64,000 bases of DNA from contig JANQKC010000015.1 in the NCBI GenBank assembly GCA_028281325.1, positions 20,282 to 84,281 on the forward strand. The letters run 5' to 3'. Numbering within the stretch: the stretch's first letter is position 1; every line of letters begins with the position of its first letter. The notes below the pieces were generated by a model. That model was not told where the DNA came from and ran no database searches. It saw nothing but the letters and a program-made list of their open reading frames with translations. Of this stretch, positions 1 through 9,314 are shown piece by piece. Position numbers and translations under genes: made by a program. The DNA comes from Alphaproteobacteria bacterium (GTDB lineage: Bacteria > Pseudomonadota > Alphaproteobacteria > UBA8366).

Positions 1-332
1 TTCGACGTAACCGACGCCACCTTTTTCTGGTAGCTGAGGACTTCTTCGAATAAGTCCTCATAGGCGACGCGCGCTTCGCGGATTTCGTCATTCTTGACCT
101 GAATGACGCCGCTTTTGACGGTCGACATCAAGGTCATGCCAATTCCCCAAACGCCAACGGCCATCGCGACCAAGAAGGCGCTGATCTGCAAGCGGCGGGT
201 CAGGGGAATGAAATGGACACGTCCTTGCGACCGGAGAATAAGCTCGCGTTCGCGGAACAGCTCGTCCATGAATTCAACTACGGAACGACCGCCATGAACT
301 AGACGGTGTATGAAACGATCCACCGGCAGCAT
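1..332 (-). CDS. 5' part of a probable M23-family peptidase (DUF5930-like N-terminus, TM helix, coiled coil); runs off the window
   Basis: Manual translation of the minus strand: MLPVDRF...LFRERELILRSQGRVHFIPLTRRLQ, then a hydrophobic segment and coiled coil. This N-terminus is typical of alphaproteobacterial M23 endopeptidases. Not in the ORF track; start could also be the ATG at 269. Confidence 0.65.
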   Translation of the reverse strand, partial: MLPVDRFIHRLVHGGRSVVEFMDELFRERELILRSQGRVHFIPLTRRLQISAFLVAMAVGVWGIGMTLMSTVKSGVIQVKNDEIREARVAYEDLFEEVLSYQKKVASVTS

Positions 333-619
333 CCCAACCCAACCTCGGAGATTGTGTTTTTAATCGTTGAACGAATAGATGTCGGATGTCGCCGTGCGGC
401 AAAGGATGATGTGGACCATCCTGTCGACTCAGTCACCATGCTCCCTCCCAAAATTCGACGCCTACTGGACCCGTTGCGTCAAATCCCCCTCTCAATCACT
501 CCGCGAAGTTATCGGCTGACGAGAGCAAAAACAAGGTCCACAAAATCGCCGCGGCATGAAACTAATGCATCCGACCCAGCCGCTAACGCGTTGACCAGGG
601 CGAGTTTCCTAGATTTACC

Positions 620-634
620 TTAATGAACGGTTAA
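620..634. promoter_or_regulatory. CtrA-binding site
   Basis: TTAA-TGAACGG-TTAA, an exact TTAA-N7-TTAA match upstream of the M23-like gene. Confidence 0.55.
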
Positions 635-774
635 GCTCACCCGTCAAGCGGTGTTCGTAGCCCCTGGTAACAGAAGGGTTTTCGCGAATCTTAACGCGTG
701 CAAGATGCCCCCGCCGGTTAACAGGGTAAACGCAGATTCACAAAGGACATCGACCCGACCGGACCAAACGCCTG

Positions 775-2007
775 TTATGAAAAGGACTTCCCCAGGAAAT
801 CCACAAGCTGGAACAGGACGAAACCCAAACAACTCACCAATGCAAGAGCCGGCAGCACAATCGCCGTGGCCGGCGTCACGCGGACTCCATCGGACGAAAC
901 GTTCAGTCGCAACAGCGCCAAGTTGACGGCCGCGAAGATGAGCAATGTCAGCGTGGAGGTGAATCGCGCCAGCGCTTCCAGCGGGACGGTAAAGGCCAGC
1001 GTCAGCAGGATGCCGGCGCTGACGCCCGTGGCGAAAACGGGTGTCAGCGTTCGGCGCGATACCGACGCGAAGATCGCCGGCAACGTTCCTTGCCGGCCGA
1101 GGCCGTACAACACACGCGACGCCATGATGATCTGGACCAAGGCGCCGTTCAAGACGGCGATCACCGCAAGTCCATCGATGGCCAAGGTTGGCAGCCCGGT
1201 CAGCCGCACGAAGATATCCGACAACGGCGCGGTGCTGGCGCTCAATTGCTCGATCGGCATTGTCGCGACCGCGACCCAGGACACCGCGGTGTAAATGATC
1301 AGCGTCGCCGCCAGGGTGATGCCGATTGCGCGCGGGAAAACCCGCTCGGGACGACGGACCTCTTCCGCCACATTGACCATATCCTCGAACCCGATGAACG
1401 CGTAGAACGCCAACACCGCCCCCGACAAGACGCCCAACACGGCGAAACCGGAGTCGTCAGGCCGGCGCGCGACGACCGTCGAGATCACATCCGCGCCGAA
1501 CGCATCCCGGCCGACCCACACGATGAGACCGAGGCCGCCGATTTCGAGAACGGTCGCGATCCCGGCGATCAGAACGGATTCGGTAATTCCCCAAACCGCG
1601 ACGCCGGTCAAAAACAAGACGGTCGCAAGAATGATCACCCATCCGGGCGCGGCGACGATGTTCTGAAGATACCCCACCGCGCCGGACACGATTGCCGCGC
1701 TGGACACCAATCCCACCACGACCACGGCAAGACCGACCGCCATCGACAAGGCCGGCCGACCGAACGCCTGCTCGACATAGACGGCTTCGCCGGCGCTGCG
1801 CGGAAAGCGGACGACCAATTGGCTGAACGACAAAGCGGTCAGGCCGGCCAGGACCGCCGCGACGATGAAGGACACCGGCGCCAGAACGCCCGCGACGCCC
1901 GCGACCTTACCGACCAGCACGTATATACCCGCACCAACCGTCGTGCCGAGGCCATACAGCGTGAGTAAAGGAAGCGACAAGCTGCGCTTGAGCGGTTGGC
2001 CTTGCAT
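775..2007 (-). CDS. APC family amino acid permease
   Basis: GTTVGAGIY and AFYAFIGFE motifs, about 12 hydrophobic segments. Confidence 0.9.
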   Translation of the reverse strand: MQGQPLKRSLSLPLLTLYGLGTTVGAGIYVLVGKVAGVAGVLAPVSFIVAAVLAGLTALSFSQLVVRFPRSAGEAVYVEQAFGRPALSMAVGLAVVVVGLVSSAAIVSGAVGYLQNIVAAPGWVIILATVLFLTGVAVWGITESVLIAGIATVLEIGGLGLIVWVGRDAFGADVISTVVARRPDDSGFAVLGVLSGAVLAFYAFIGFEDMVNVAEEVRRPERVFPRAIGITLAATLIIYTAVSWVAVATMPIEQLSASTAPLSDIFVRLTGLPTLAIDGLAVIAVLNGALVQIIMASRVLYGLGRQGTLPAIFASVSRRTLTPVFATGVSAGILLTLAFTVPLEALARFTSTLTLLIFAAVNLALLRLNVSSDGVRVTPATAIVLPALALVSCLGFVLFQLVDFLGKSFS

Positions 2008-2115
2008 CCAATTAGGTTAGGAATAAAGACGCCAGGGCGCATTGACTTGCCGCAATAGGCCGCGAGCCGACATCGTGTCGCCCCGCCTTCCCCCGCGCCG
2101 CAAGCGCGAACCGTG

Positions 2116-2541
2116 TCAGCCTTGGGACCAGGGCAGTCCGGCTTGTTTCCAGCCGCCGACGGTGCCGCGATGACCGCTGGCGTCCTTGTCTCCTTCGAAA
2201 CCTTCGGCGACATTGATGCACCGCCCGAACCCGGCCTCCGTCAAGGCGATTGCCGCATTTCGCGACCGGGCCCCCGACCTGCAGATCAGCAGAACGGTCT
2301 GATCGGGCTCCACGCCCGCTTGTTTGACCTGGTCCACGAAACCGGGATTGACCCCATTCGTCGGGTACACCTGCCACGATACGCACAGTGTTCGTTTATG
2401 GAGGTCGTCAAGCTTGGGCAGTCCGACATACTGCCATTCCGGCGCGGTCCGTACGTCTATGAGGCACGCATCCGGTTCCCGCTGTAGCAAGTCCCACGCT
2501 TCTTGCGGATTCAGATCGCCCGCATAACGCTCATCCGCCAT
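2116..2541 (-). CDS. Rhodanese-like sulfurtransferase
   Basis: LIDVRT..EW, ICRSGARS active loop, GWKQAGLPW; start set at MADERY. Confidence 0.9.
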   Translation of the reverse strand: MADERYAGDLNPQEAWDLLQREPDACLIDVRTAPEWQYVGLPKLDDLHKRTLCVSWQVYPTNGVNPGFVDQVKQAGVEPDQTVLLICRSGARSRNAAIALTEAGFGRCINVAEGFEGDKDASGHRGTVGGWKQAGLPWSQG

Positions 2542-2634
2542 GAAATCCCTCTCAATTATGGTTCGATTTTCACTGTTATCGATGTCGGGAGGCGATGCAA
2601 GGCGTTCATTCAGAAGGCGAATCGACGAAGTTAA

Positions 2635-2691
2635 CAAGCTTGCTAAAGGAAAGTTTGCTTAAAAAAAGCTGGCTAATAATGAGCAGGCTTA
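2635..2691. promoter_or_regulatory. Array of four SlyA/MarR-like operator boxes with a 15-bp period
   Basis: CAAGCTTGCTAA (2635), AAAGTTTGCTTA (2650), AAAGCTGGCTAA (2665), TGAGCAGGCTTA (2680); resemble the SlyA box TTAGCAAGCTAA. Confidence 0.6.
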
Positions 2692-2704
2692 CTATATATC
2701 TGTC

Positions 2705-3220
2705 ATGACTCAATACGACCTGGAAAAAAATCTAGGTTTCCTTCTCAACGACGTTTCCCGGCTGATGCGCCAACGCTTCGACGAACGCGCGCGACGGCTG
2801 GGTCTGACGCGGGCGCAATGGCGCGTTTTGGGTCATTTGCGTCGATACGAAGGCATCTCTCAAAGCTCGCTCGCCGAGATTCTCGAGGTCGAGAATGTTA
2901 CGCTCGGCCGGCATATCGACCGGCTCGAAGACGACGGTTGGGTCGAGCGACGGCGCGACCCGGCGGACCGGCGCGTCTGGCGGCTGCATCTTGCGGAAAA
3001 ATCGCGCCCCATGATCGACCGCCTTAACACGCTGTCCTCCGAGGTGCGCGAATCCGCGCTAACGGGCCTATCAATTCAGGACAAGGACAAATTGATCGAT
3101 ACTCTTCAATCGATGAAGAACAACCTTTTCACCATGAACCACACCACACCGGACGGCAGCGACGAAACGGCGCTTGGCTCGTCAACCAACAGCAAGACTA
3201 GGAAGCAAAATGTCGGCTAG
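2705..3220 (+). CDS. MarR/SlyA family transcriptional regulator
   Basis: LGFLLNDVSRLMR..GLTRAQWRVL..LE..GWVERR.DP.DRR winged-helix signature. Confidence 0.92.
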   Translation: MTQYDLEKNLGFLLNDVSRLMRQRFDERARRLGLTRAQWRVLGHLRRYEGISQSSLAEILEVENVTLGRHIDRLEDDGWVERRRDPADRRVWRLHLAEKSRPMIDRLNTLSSEVRESALTGLSIQDKDKLIDTLQSMKNNLFTMNHTTPDGSDETALGSSTNSKTRKQNVG

Positions 3221-4322
3221 CCTCAAATACTCCATGCGGGTGCTTTTCTCTCGGTTCAAGCGTCCCGGCTTCATCCGATACGGTCTCCTGATCATCGGCC
3301 CGTTGGCGCTCGTTTTGGTCGGCGCCTACTACTACGCCATCGGCGGCCGTTTCGTTTCCACGGAAAACGCCTATGTGAAGGCCGACAAAATCGCGATCAG
3401 CACGGACGTGTCGGGCCGCGTGACAAAGGTCAACGTCAAGGAAAACCAACTCGTCAAGCGCGACGCGGTCCTGTTCGAAATCGATCGCGAGCCCTTCCAG
3501 ATCGCCGTGGATAAGGCGGAAGCCGACCTGCGGGCAATCCGCAACGAGATCGAAGCGACCCGCAAGCTCTTTCGCGAGAAAGAGTCGGACCTAGAGGAAG
3601 CCGCCAAGGACGTCGCCTTCTTTCGCGAGGAGTTCGATCGACGCCGGTCCTTGATGAAGCGCGGCGTGGTATCGCAATCGCGATTCGATACCGCGGGACG
3701 AAACCTGGAAGCGTCGCGCAACCGCATCGATAGCATCCGCGAAGAACTGGGCCGCATGATGGCGCGATTGGGCGGATCGCCCGAAGTGGCGACCGACCTC
3801 AACCCGGAGGTGTTGGCGGCCGAGGCAAAGCTGAACGAAGCAAGGCTCAATCTCTCGCAAACGATCATACGGGCGCCGGCCAACGGAATCGTTACGAAGA
3901 ACGACCTGCAGGTGGGCGAGTTCGTCACCATGGGCCGCCCGGTCTTCAGCGTCGTCGCCTGGGACGACATCTGGGTCGAGGCGAACCTCAAGGAAACCGA
4001 ACTTACGCATGTAACCGAGGGGCAGTCGGCAACGATCACCGTGGATGCCTATCCCAACGTCAAATGGGAGGCCCGTGTGAAGAGCATCGCCCCGGCGACC
4101 GGCGCGGAATTCTCGATCCTGCCGCCTCAGAACGCCACCGGCAACTGGGTGAAAGTGGTGCAACGCGTGCCGGTTCGTCTGGAACTCGACCAAACGACGT
4201 CCGGGCCGCCGTTGCGCGCCGGGATGAGCGTCGTGGTCTCGATCGATACGGAACACGAACGCGACCTGCCGCCGATCGTCGCGCGGGCCGTCGCCTTCAT
4301 CAAGGGCGACGGCGGGCAATAA
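3210..4322 (+). CDS. HlyD/EmrA family membrane fusion protein
   Basis: STENAYV, ISTDVSGRV, ATGAEFSILPPQNATGNWVKVVQRVPVR. Confidence 0.92.
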   Translation: MSASLKYSMRVLFSRFKRPGFIRYGLLIIGPLALVLVGAYYYAIGGRFVSTENAYVKADKIAISTDVSGRVTKVNVKENQLVKRDAVLFEIDREPFQIAVDKAEADLRAIRNEIEATRKLFREKESDLEEAAKDVAFFREEFDRRRSLMKRGVVSQSRFDTAGRNLEASRNRIDSIREELGRMMARLGGSPEVATDLNPEVLAAEAKLNEARLNLSQTIIRAPANGIVTKNDLQVGEFVTMGRPVFSVVAWDDIWVEANLKETELTHVTEGQSATITVDAYPNVKWEARVKSIAPATGAEFSILPPQNATGNWVKVVQRVPVRLELDQTTSGPPLRAGMSVVVSIDTEHERDLPPIVARAVAFIKGDGGQ

Positions 4323-4527
4323 TGCGGATGCCGGCGCGGCCCAGTCAGGCCTGCCGGCCGCTATCCTGTCGTGCCTGGACCGCAGGACAAATACCGTCGC
4401 CATAAGGCGACGCCCGCCGCCGCGGCAAACCGTCGGCGTGCATTGGTTCGCGCATTGCTCTAGGCTTGCGCCGACCGCATTCGCCGGTCCTCACCTCTAA
4501 CCACCATTCCGCCGCGGAGGACCGCCC

Positions 4528-5715
4528 ATGTCCCATGAACGCCCATTTGCCGGCCTCAAGGTCTGCGACATCTCGCAGGGTATCTCCGGTCCTTACTGCG
4601 GCATGATGCTGGCGCAATACGGCGCGGACGTGGTCAAGATAGAAGGCCTGAACGGCGACTGGATCCGAAACATGGGCGGTCGGATCGAAGGCGACCATTC
4701 GGCCCAATCGCTCGCCATGAACCGCGGCAAGCGCAGCATCGCGCTCGACCTGAAGAATCCGAAGGGTCTCGAAATCGCCCGGCGGTTCGCCCATGAAGCG
4801 GATGTGATCACGCAGAACTTCCGGCCCGGCGTCATCGAACGGTTGGGACTGGGGTACGACGACGTCGCCGCCGCCAATCCCGAGGTGATCTATCTCACCG
4901 TCACCGGGTTCGGCACCGCCGGCCCGCTGGTCAACCGGCCCGTCACCGACCAAATCATGCAAGGTTTTTCCGGGCTGCAGTCGATCACCCGCGACCGCGA
5001 AGGCGTGCCGCTGGGCGTCGGCACCGCGATCATCGACTACATCACCGGCATCTACGGCTATCAGGCCGTCGCGACCGCGCTCTACGCCCGCGCCATGGGA
5101 TCCGGCGGCCGGCATGTAAAGGTCAGCATGCTGCAGGCCGCGCTGGCGGTGCAGGCCGGACAGTTCATCCGGCATCACACGCAAGGCAAACAACCGCCCG
5201 CGGTCGGGGTCCCGGTGGGGGTGTTCAGCACCAAGGACGGGTATCTCAGCCTCAGTTCCAACAAGCCGACGCATTTCGCCGAAGTCTGCGACCTGCTTGG
5301 CCTGAACGACCTGAAGAACGACCCCGACTACGACACGCATCAGAAACGCATCTGGAAGTCGACGGAGATCAACGCCGAATTCCAGACCGCGCTCCTCTCG
5401 AAGAGCGCAGCCGAGTGGGAAGAGAAATTCAGCGCGTTGGGGCTGATGTGCACCCGGGTGAACGGCTACGGCGACCTGCTCGACCACGCGCAGGTCAAGG
5501 CCGAGGAAATCTTCACCTGGGCCGAACAGGCCGATACCGGCGCCATCCCGGTGCCGAACCTGCCCGGCGTCGATCCGGCCACCCCGGACGACGCGCGCGC
5601 GACGTCGCCCCGAATCGGGGAGCATACCCAAACCTTGCTGGCGGAACTCGGATACCAAGCGGGCGACATCGCCGCCCTCGCCGCCGAGAAGGTTATTCCG
5701 CCCAGCGAGACATGA
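4528..5715 (+). CDS. CaiB/BaiF class III CoA-transferase
   Basis: GPYCGMMLAQYGADVVKIE, NRGKRS, NFRPG. Confidence 0.92.
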   Translation: MSHERPFAGLKVCDISQGISGPYCGMMLAQYGADVVKIEGLNGDWIRNMGGRIEGDHSAQSLAMNRGKRSIALDLKNPKGLEIARRFAHEADVITQNFRPGVIERLGLGYDDVAAANPEVIYLTVTGFGTAGPLVNRPVTDQIMQGFSGLQSITRDREGVPLGVGTAIIDYITGIYGYQAVATALYARAMGSGGRHVKVSMLQAALAVQAGQFIRHHTQGKQPPAVGVPVGVFSTKDGYLSLSSNKPTHFAEVCDLLGLNDLKNDPDYDTHQKRIWKSTEINAEFQTALLSKSAAEWEEKFSALGLMCTRVNGYGDLLDHAQVKAEEIFTWAEQADTGAIPVPNLPGVDPATPDDARATSPRIGEHTQTLLAELGYQAGDIAALAAEKVIPPSET

Positions 5716-5755
5716 CCCAAGGAAGAACGATCACCACAGAAGGATCACCCGAAGA

Positions 5756-6508
5756 ATGAGCGACAATCTCGTTACCTATGAATCGAAAGACAACATCGCC
5801 TTCATCACGATCAACCGTCCGGACAAGCTGAACGCGCTCAGCAACGCGGTCGTGGTCGAAATCCGCGAGGCGATGATCCAGTACCGCGATTCCGACGACC
5901 GCTGCGCCATCGTCAGCGGCGCGGGGGACCGCGCCTTCTCGGTCGGCGCCGACCTGAAGGACCCGCCACGCGACCCGGATCTCTGGGAATGCATGCCCGG
6001 TGTCGGCGTCGACGTGGACAAGCCGCTTATCGCCGCCGTTTCCGGCTACTGCGTCGGCGGCGCCTATGTCCTGGTCCAGTTCTGCGACCTCGCCGTCGCG
6101 TCCGAGACCGCCGATTTCTTCTACCCGGAGGCCCAGATCGGTTTCTGCGGCGGATTGATCGCCGGCTGCGCCGGGCGAATCCCGTACAAGATCGCCATGG
6201 AGTTCATGCTGACCGGCAAGCATTTCGACGCCCAGCGCGCCTATGAGGTGGGCATGGTCAACAAGGTCGTGCCGGCGGGCCAGCATATCGAAGGCGCGAT
6301 GGAATATGCGGAAATCCTACGCGACAGCGCCCCGCTCGTGATCGGCGCGTTGAAGCGTTTCGTGCGCAACACCGTCATCCCGCGCGGACCGTCCGAACAA
6401 TCCGGACTGGCCCAACGCGACCTCCTCGCGATCCGCCGTAGCGAAGACCAGCAAGAAGGCGGTCGCGCGTTCCGCGAGAAGCGCAAACCGGTCTTCACCG
6501 GCCGCTAA
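5756..6508 (+). CDS. Enoyl-CoA hydratase/isomerase family protein
   Basis: INRPDKLNAL, AFSVGADLK, KPLIAAVSGYCVGG. Confidence 0.9.
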   Translation: MSDNLVTYESKDNIAFITINRPDKLNALSNAVVVEIREAMIQYRDSDDRCAIVSGAGDRAFSVGADLKDPPRDPDLWECMPGVGVDVDKPLIAAVSGYCVGGAYVLVQFCDLAVASETADFFYPEAQIGFCGGLIAGCAGRIPYKIAMEFMLTGKHFDAQRAYEVGMVNKVVPAGQHIEGAMEYAEILRDSAPLVIGALKRFVRNTVIPRGPSEQSGLAQRDLLAIRRSEDQQEGGRAFREKRKPVFTGR

Positions 6509-6517
6509 CCGTCGTTG

Positions 6518-6547
6518 AAGCGCGGGCGTCGGCGGGCGTCCGCGCTT
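6518..6547 (+). terminator. Stem-loop after the hydratase gene
   Basis: AAGCGCGGGCGTC-GGCG-GGCGTCCGCGCTT hairpin with a short U tail. Confidence 0.45.
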
Positions 6548-6617
6548 TCCCAATTTCGGCGGAACGCCGTTGTCGCGTATCCTGGGCCGGCAACCATGCG
6601 CGCAGGAAGAAAACACG

Positions 6618-7241
6618 ATGAAGCTCTATATCACCCCCGGTTCGCCCTACGCTCGAATGGCCCGCGTCGTCGTCCAGGAGAAGAAGCTGGAAGACCGCGT
6701 CGAGATCATCGAGGCCCAGACCCGAACCGAGAACTCGCCCTACTACGAGATCAACCCGTCCGGACGGGTGCCCTATCTTGTGCTCGACGACGGCAGCGGG
6801 TTGGAAGAGTCGGCCTTGGTGTGCCGCTATCTGGATGCGCTCGACGGCGCGCCGACGCTCGACTCGGCACCAGACGCGCCGGATTGGGAATTGCCGCGAC
6901 TGGAAGCGATGGCGCGCAGCTTGTTGGACGGCATCGGCGTCTGGTCGCGAGAGTTTGTCTATCGGCCGGCCGAAATCCGGTCGGACTTCATCATCGGCCA
7001 CGAAACCGCCCGCGCCATGCGGATGCTGGATGTCTTCGAACGGGAGATCGATAACCCCGTGCTCAACGGGCCGCTCAACATGGCGCAATTGACGCTGGCC
7101 TGCGCCCTGCATGGCCGGGACCTGCTCGCCGGCGGCGTCGACTGGCGCGGGGACCGACCGAAACTGGCCGCCTGGGTCGACCGAATCGGCGAGCGGCGGT
7201 CATTCGCGTCGACCAAACCGCCGCCCCGAAAGCCGCATTAG
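6618..7241 (+). CDS. Glutathione S-transferase family protein
   Basis: MKLYITPGSPYARMAR, NPSGRVPYL, ESALVCRYLD. Confidence 0.88.
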   Translation: MKLYITPGSPYARMARVVVQEKKLEDRVEIIEAQTRTENSPYYEINPSGRVPYLVLDDGSGLEESALVCRYLDALDGAPTLDSAPDAPDWELPRLEAMARSLLDGIGVWSREFVYRPAEIRSDFIIGHETARAMRMLDVFEREIDNPVLNGPLNMAQLTLACALHGRDLLAGGVDWRGDRPKLAAWVDRIGERRSFASTKPPPRKPH

Positions 7242-7266
7242 TCCGACGACGCAAAGGATTCCCGCC

Positions 7267-8112
7267 ATGCCCAAGATCGACGTGAACGGCGTCAACATCT
7301 ACTACGAGGAGGCGGGCAGCGGCGTACCGATCCTGTTCCTGCACGAGTTCGCGGGCGATTACCGCAGCTGGGAGCCGCAGATGCGTTTCTTCGCGCGCCG
7401 CAACCGCTGCATCACCCTGTCCTATCGCGGCTACCCACCGTCGGACATCCCGGACGATCCGGACGCCTATTCGCAGGATATCTTCCTCGACGACATCCTC
7501 GGCGTGATGGACGCGCTGAAGATCGACAAGGCGCATCTCTGCGGCCTGTCGGTCGGCGCGAACAGCGCCGTCTTCATGGGCATGCGCGCGCCGGAACGCT
7601 GCCTGTCGCTGGTCGTCGCCGGCGGCGGCCACGGCAGCGTCAAGGGGGCGGAAGACCGCGAGGAATTCGAGCAGGATTTCTCGGTCCGCGCGGAACGCCT
7701 GCTGAAGGAAGGCATGGAGGTGATCGCCCGCGAACAGGCGGACAAGCCGAACCGCCGCCCAATGAAGGCGAAAGACCCACGCGGCTGGGCCGAATTCCGC
7801 GACCAGCTCATCGAGCACGACGCAAAAGGCTCCGCCTACACCGCCGTCGGCGTGCCGCTGAAACGGCCGAACTTCCAGGACATCGAGAAAGACCTCGCCG
7901 CCATGGACGTTCCGACGCTGATCATCGTCGGCGACCAGGACGCCAACTGCATCGAAGGCAGTCTCTTTCTGAAACAGGCCCTGCCCCGCGCAGGCCTCGC
8001 CGTCTTCCCGATGAGCGGCCATCTGCTGCCGATCGAGGAGCCGGACCTGTTCAACCGCATGGTCCTGGAATTCATCACCCAGGCCGAGGCCGGACGATGG
8101 GAAAAGCCGTAG
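7267..8112 (+). CDS. Alpha/beta fold hydrolase
   Basis: FLHEFAG, GLSVGA nucleophile elbow, GDQD, SGH. Confidence 0.88.
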   Translation: MPKIDVNGVNIYYEEAGSGVPILFLHEFAGDYRSWEPQMRFFARRNRCITLSYRGYPPSDIPDDPDAYSQDIFLDDILGVMDALKIDKAHLCGLSVGANSAVFMGMRAPERCLSLVVAGGGHGSVKGAEDREEFEQDFSVRAERLLKEGMEVIAREQADKPNRRPMKAKDPRGWAEFRDQLIEHDAKGSAYTAVGVPLKRPNFQDIEKDLAAMDVPTLIIVGDQDANCIEGSLFLKQALPRAGLAVFPMSGHLLPIEEPDLFNRMVLEFITQAEAGRWEKP

Positions 8113-8160
8113 GGACGCGTAAATCGAACGGCCAGTAGACAGACAAGCCGGGCGCAATCA

Positions 8161-8386
8161 CCCTTCGAGACGCTCAGGGTGAGGCAATATCTGTAAGCGT
8201 CCAACAAACGTTCCACCAAACACGGAACCTCATGCTGAGCCTGTCGAAGCATGTGCGCGGCAGGGAATTCATCCGGAATCCATGCAGCAAAGGTTACCCT
8301 GTTTAACGCCACACAAGCTCGTCACTCCCGCGGACGCGGGAGTCCAGAGATCACGGAACTGGATTCCCGCGTGCGCGGGAATGACG
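8161..8386. repeat. Composite REP-like palindromic elements (two families)
   Basis: CCTTCGAGACGCTCAGGGTGAGG / CCTCATGCTGAGCCTGTCGAAG inverted pair, then CGTCACTCCCGCGGACGCGGGAGTCCAG / CTGGATTCCCGCGTGCGCGGGAATGACG inverted pair, between convergent genes. Confidence 0.8.
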
Positions 8387-8412
8387 TTAGGAGACTGGCG
8401 GTAAATCGGGTT

Positions 8413-9213
8413 CTACCGCCCCTTGAACACGGCCTTGCGCTTCTCGACGAAGGCGGTCACGCCTTCCACGTGATCCTCGGTCGTCATGCACTCGGCGAGG
8501 CTACGGGTTTCCAGCGTCATCTGCTGCTCGATCGTGTTGTTCAGCGACGCGTTGAACAGGGCCTTGGTGTTGCCGAGCGCCTTGGTCGCCGAACTTGCGA
8601 GCCGCTTCGCGATCTTCTCGGTCTCCTCCGCAAGCTTGTCCTGCGGGACCACCCAATTCACTAAGCCGATCTCTTGCGCCGTGTCGGCGTCGAACAGGTC
8701 GCTCAGAAACGCGAGTTCGAAGGCCTTCTTCATCCCCATCATGCGCGGCAGGAAGAAGGACGAGCCGCCGTCCGGGCTGATGCCGATTTTGGAGAAGGCG
8801 AAGGTGAACTTGGTGCCTTCGGCCGCGATCGCGAGATCGCAGGCGCCGACCAGCGACAGCCCGCCCCCCGCACAGGCCCCGTGCACGCTGGCCAGCACCG
8901 GCTTCGGCATGCGCCGCAGCGCCTGGATGCGATAATCGGTGACATGCATCGAGTGCAGCCGCTGCTTGTAGCGCTCCTCCGCGGTCATGCTCTGGGTCGC
9001 CTCGTACATCGTCTTCACGTCGCCGCCCGCGAGGAAGCTCTTGCCCGCGCCGCGCAGCACGAGGCAACGGACCGCATCGTCCCGTTCCAGATCGGCGAGG
9101 ATGCCGAAAAAGGCCTGGCGCATTTCCAGGTCCAGCGCGTTGCGCGCCTCGGGCCGGTTGAAGGTGATCCAGGCGATGTTGTCGCTGATGTCGACGAGGA
9201 TCTTGTCGGTCAT
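8413..9213 (-). CDS. Enoyl-CoA hydratase/isomerase (PaaG-like)
   Basis: FNRPEARNAL, FLAGGDV, GACAGGG, KIGISPDGGSSFFLPR. Confidence 0.9.
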   Translation of the reverse strand: MTDKILVDISDNIAWITFNRPEARNALDLEMRQAFFGILADLERDDAVRCLVLRGAGKSFLAGGDVKTMYEATQSMTAEERYKQRLHSMHVTDYRIQALRRMPKPVLASVHGACAGGGLSLVGACDLAIAAEGTKFTFAFSKIGISPDGGSSFFLPRMMGMKKAFELAFLSDLFDADTAQEIGLVNWVVPQDKLAEETEKIAKRLASSATKALGNTKALFNASLNNTIEQQMTLETRSLAECMTTEDHVEGVTAFVEKRKAVFKGR

Positions 9214-9251
9214 GCCGGACTTCCCTTTCGAATTCGTGTCGTTCTAAAGAT

Positions 9252-9288
9252 TGCGGCGGCCGCGCATAGGAGTCACGCGGCCGCCGCA
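9252..9288. terminator. 13-bp stem hairpin between the hydrolase and hydratase genes
   Basis: TGCGGCGGCCGCG-N11-CGCGGCCGCCGCA. Confidence 0.45.
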
Positions 9289-9314
9289 CCCGATCATGGA
9301 AACCGTCTCAGGCG

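Noticed and set aside
8161-8386. Possible CRISPR-like repeats
   Set aside because: The repeats are inverted pairs dispersed across intergenic regions, not direct repeats with regular spacers; no cas genes
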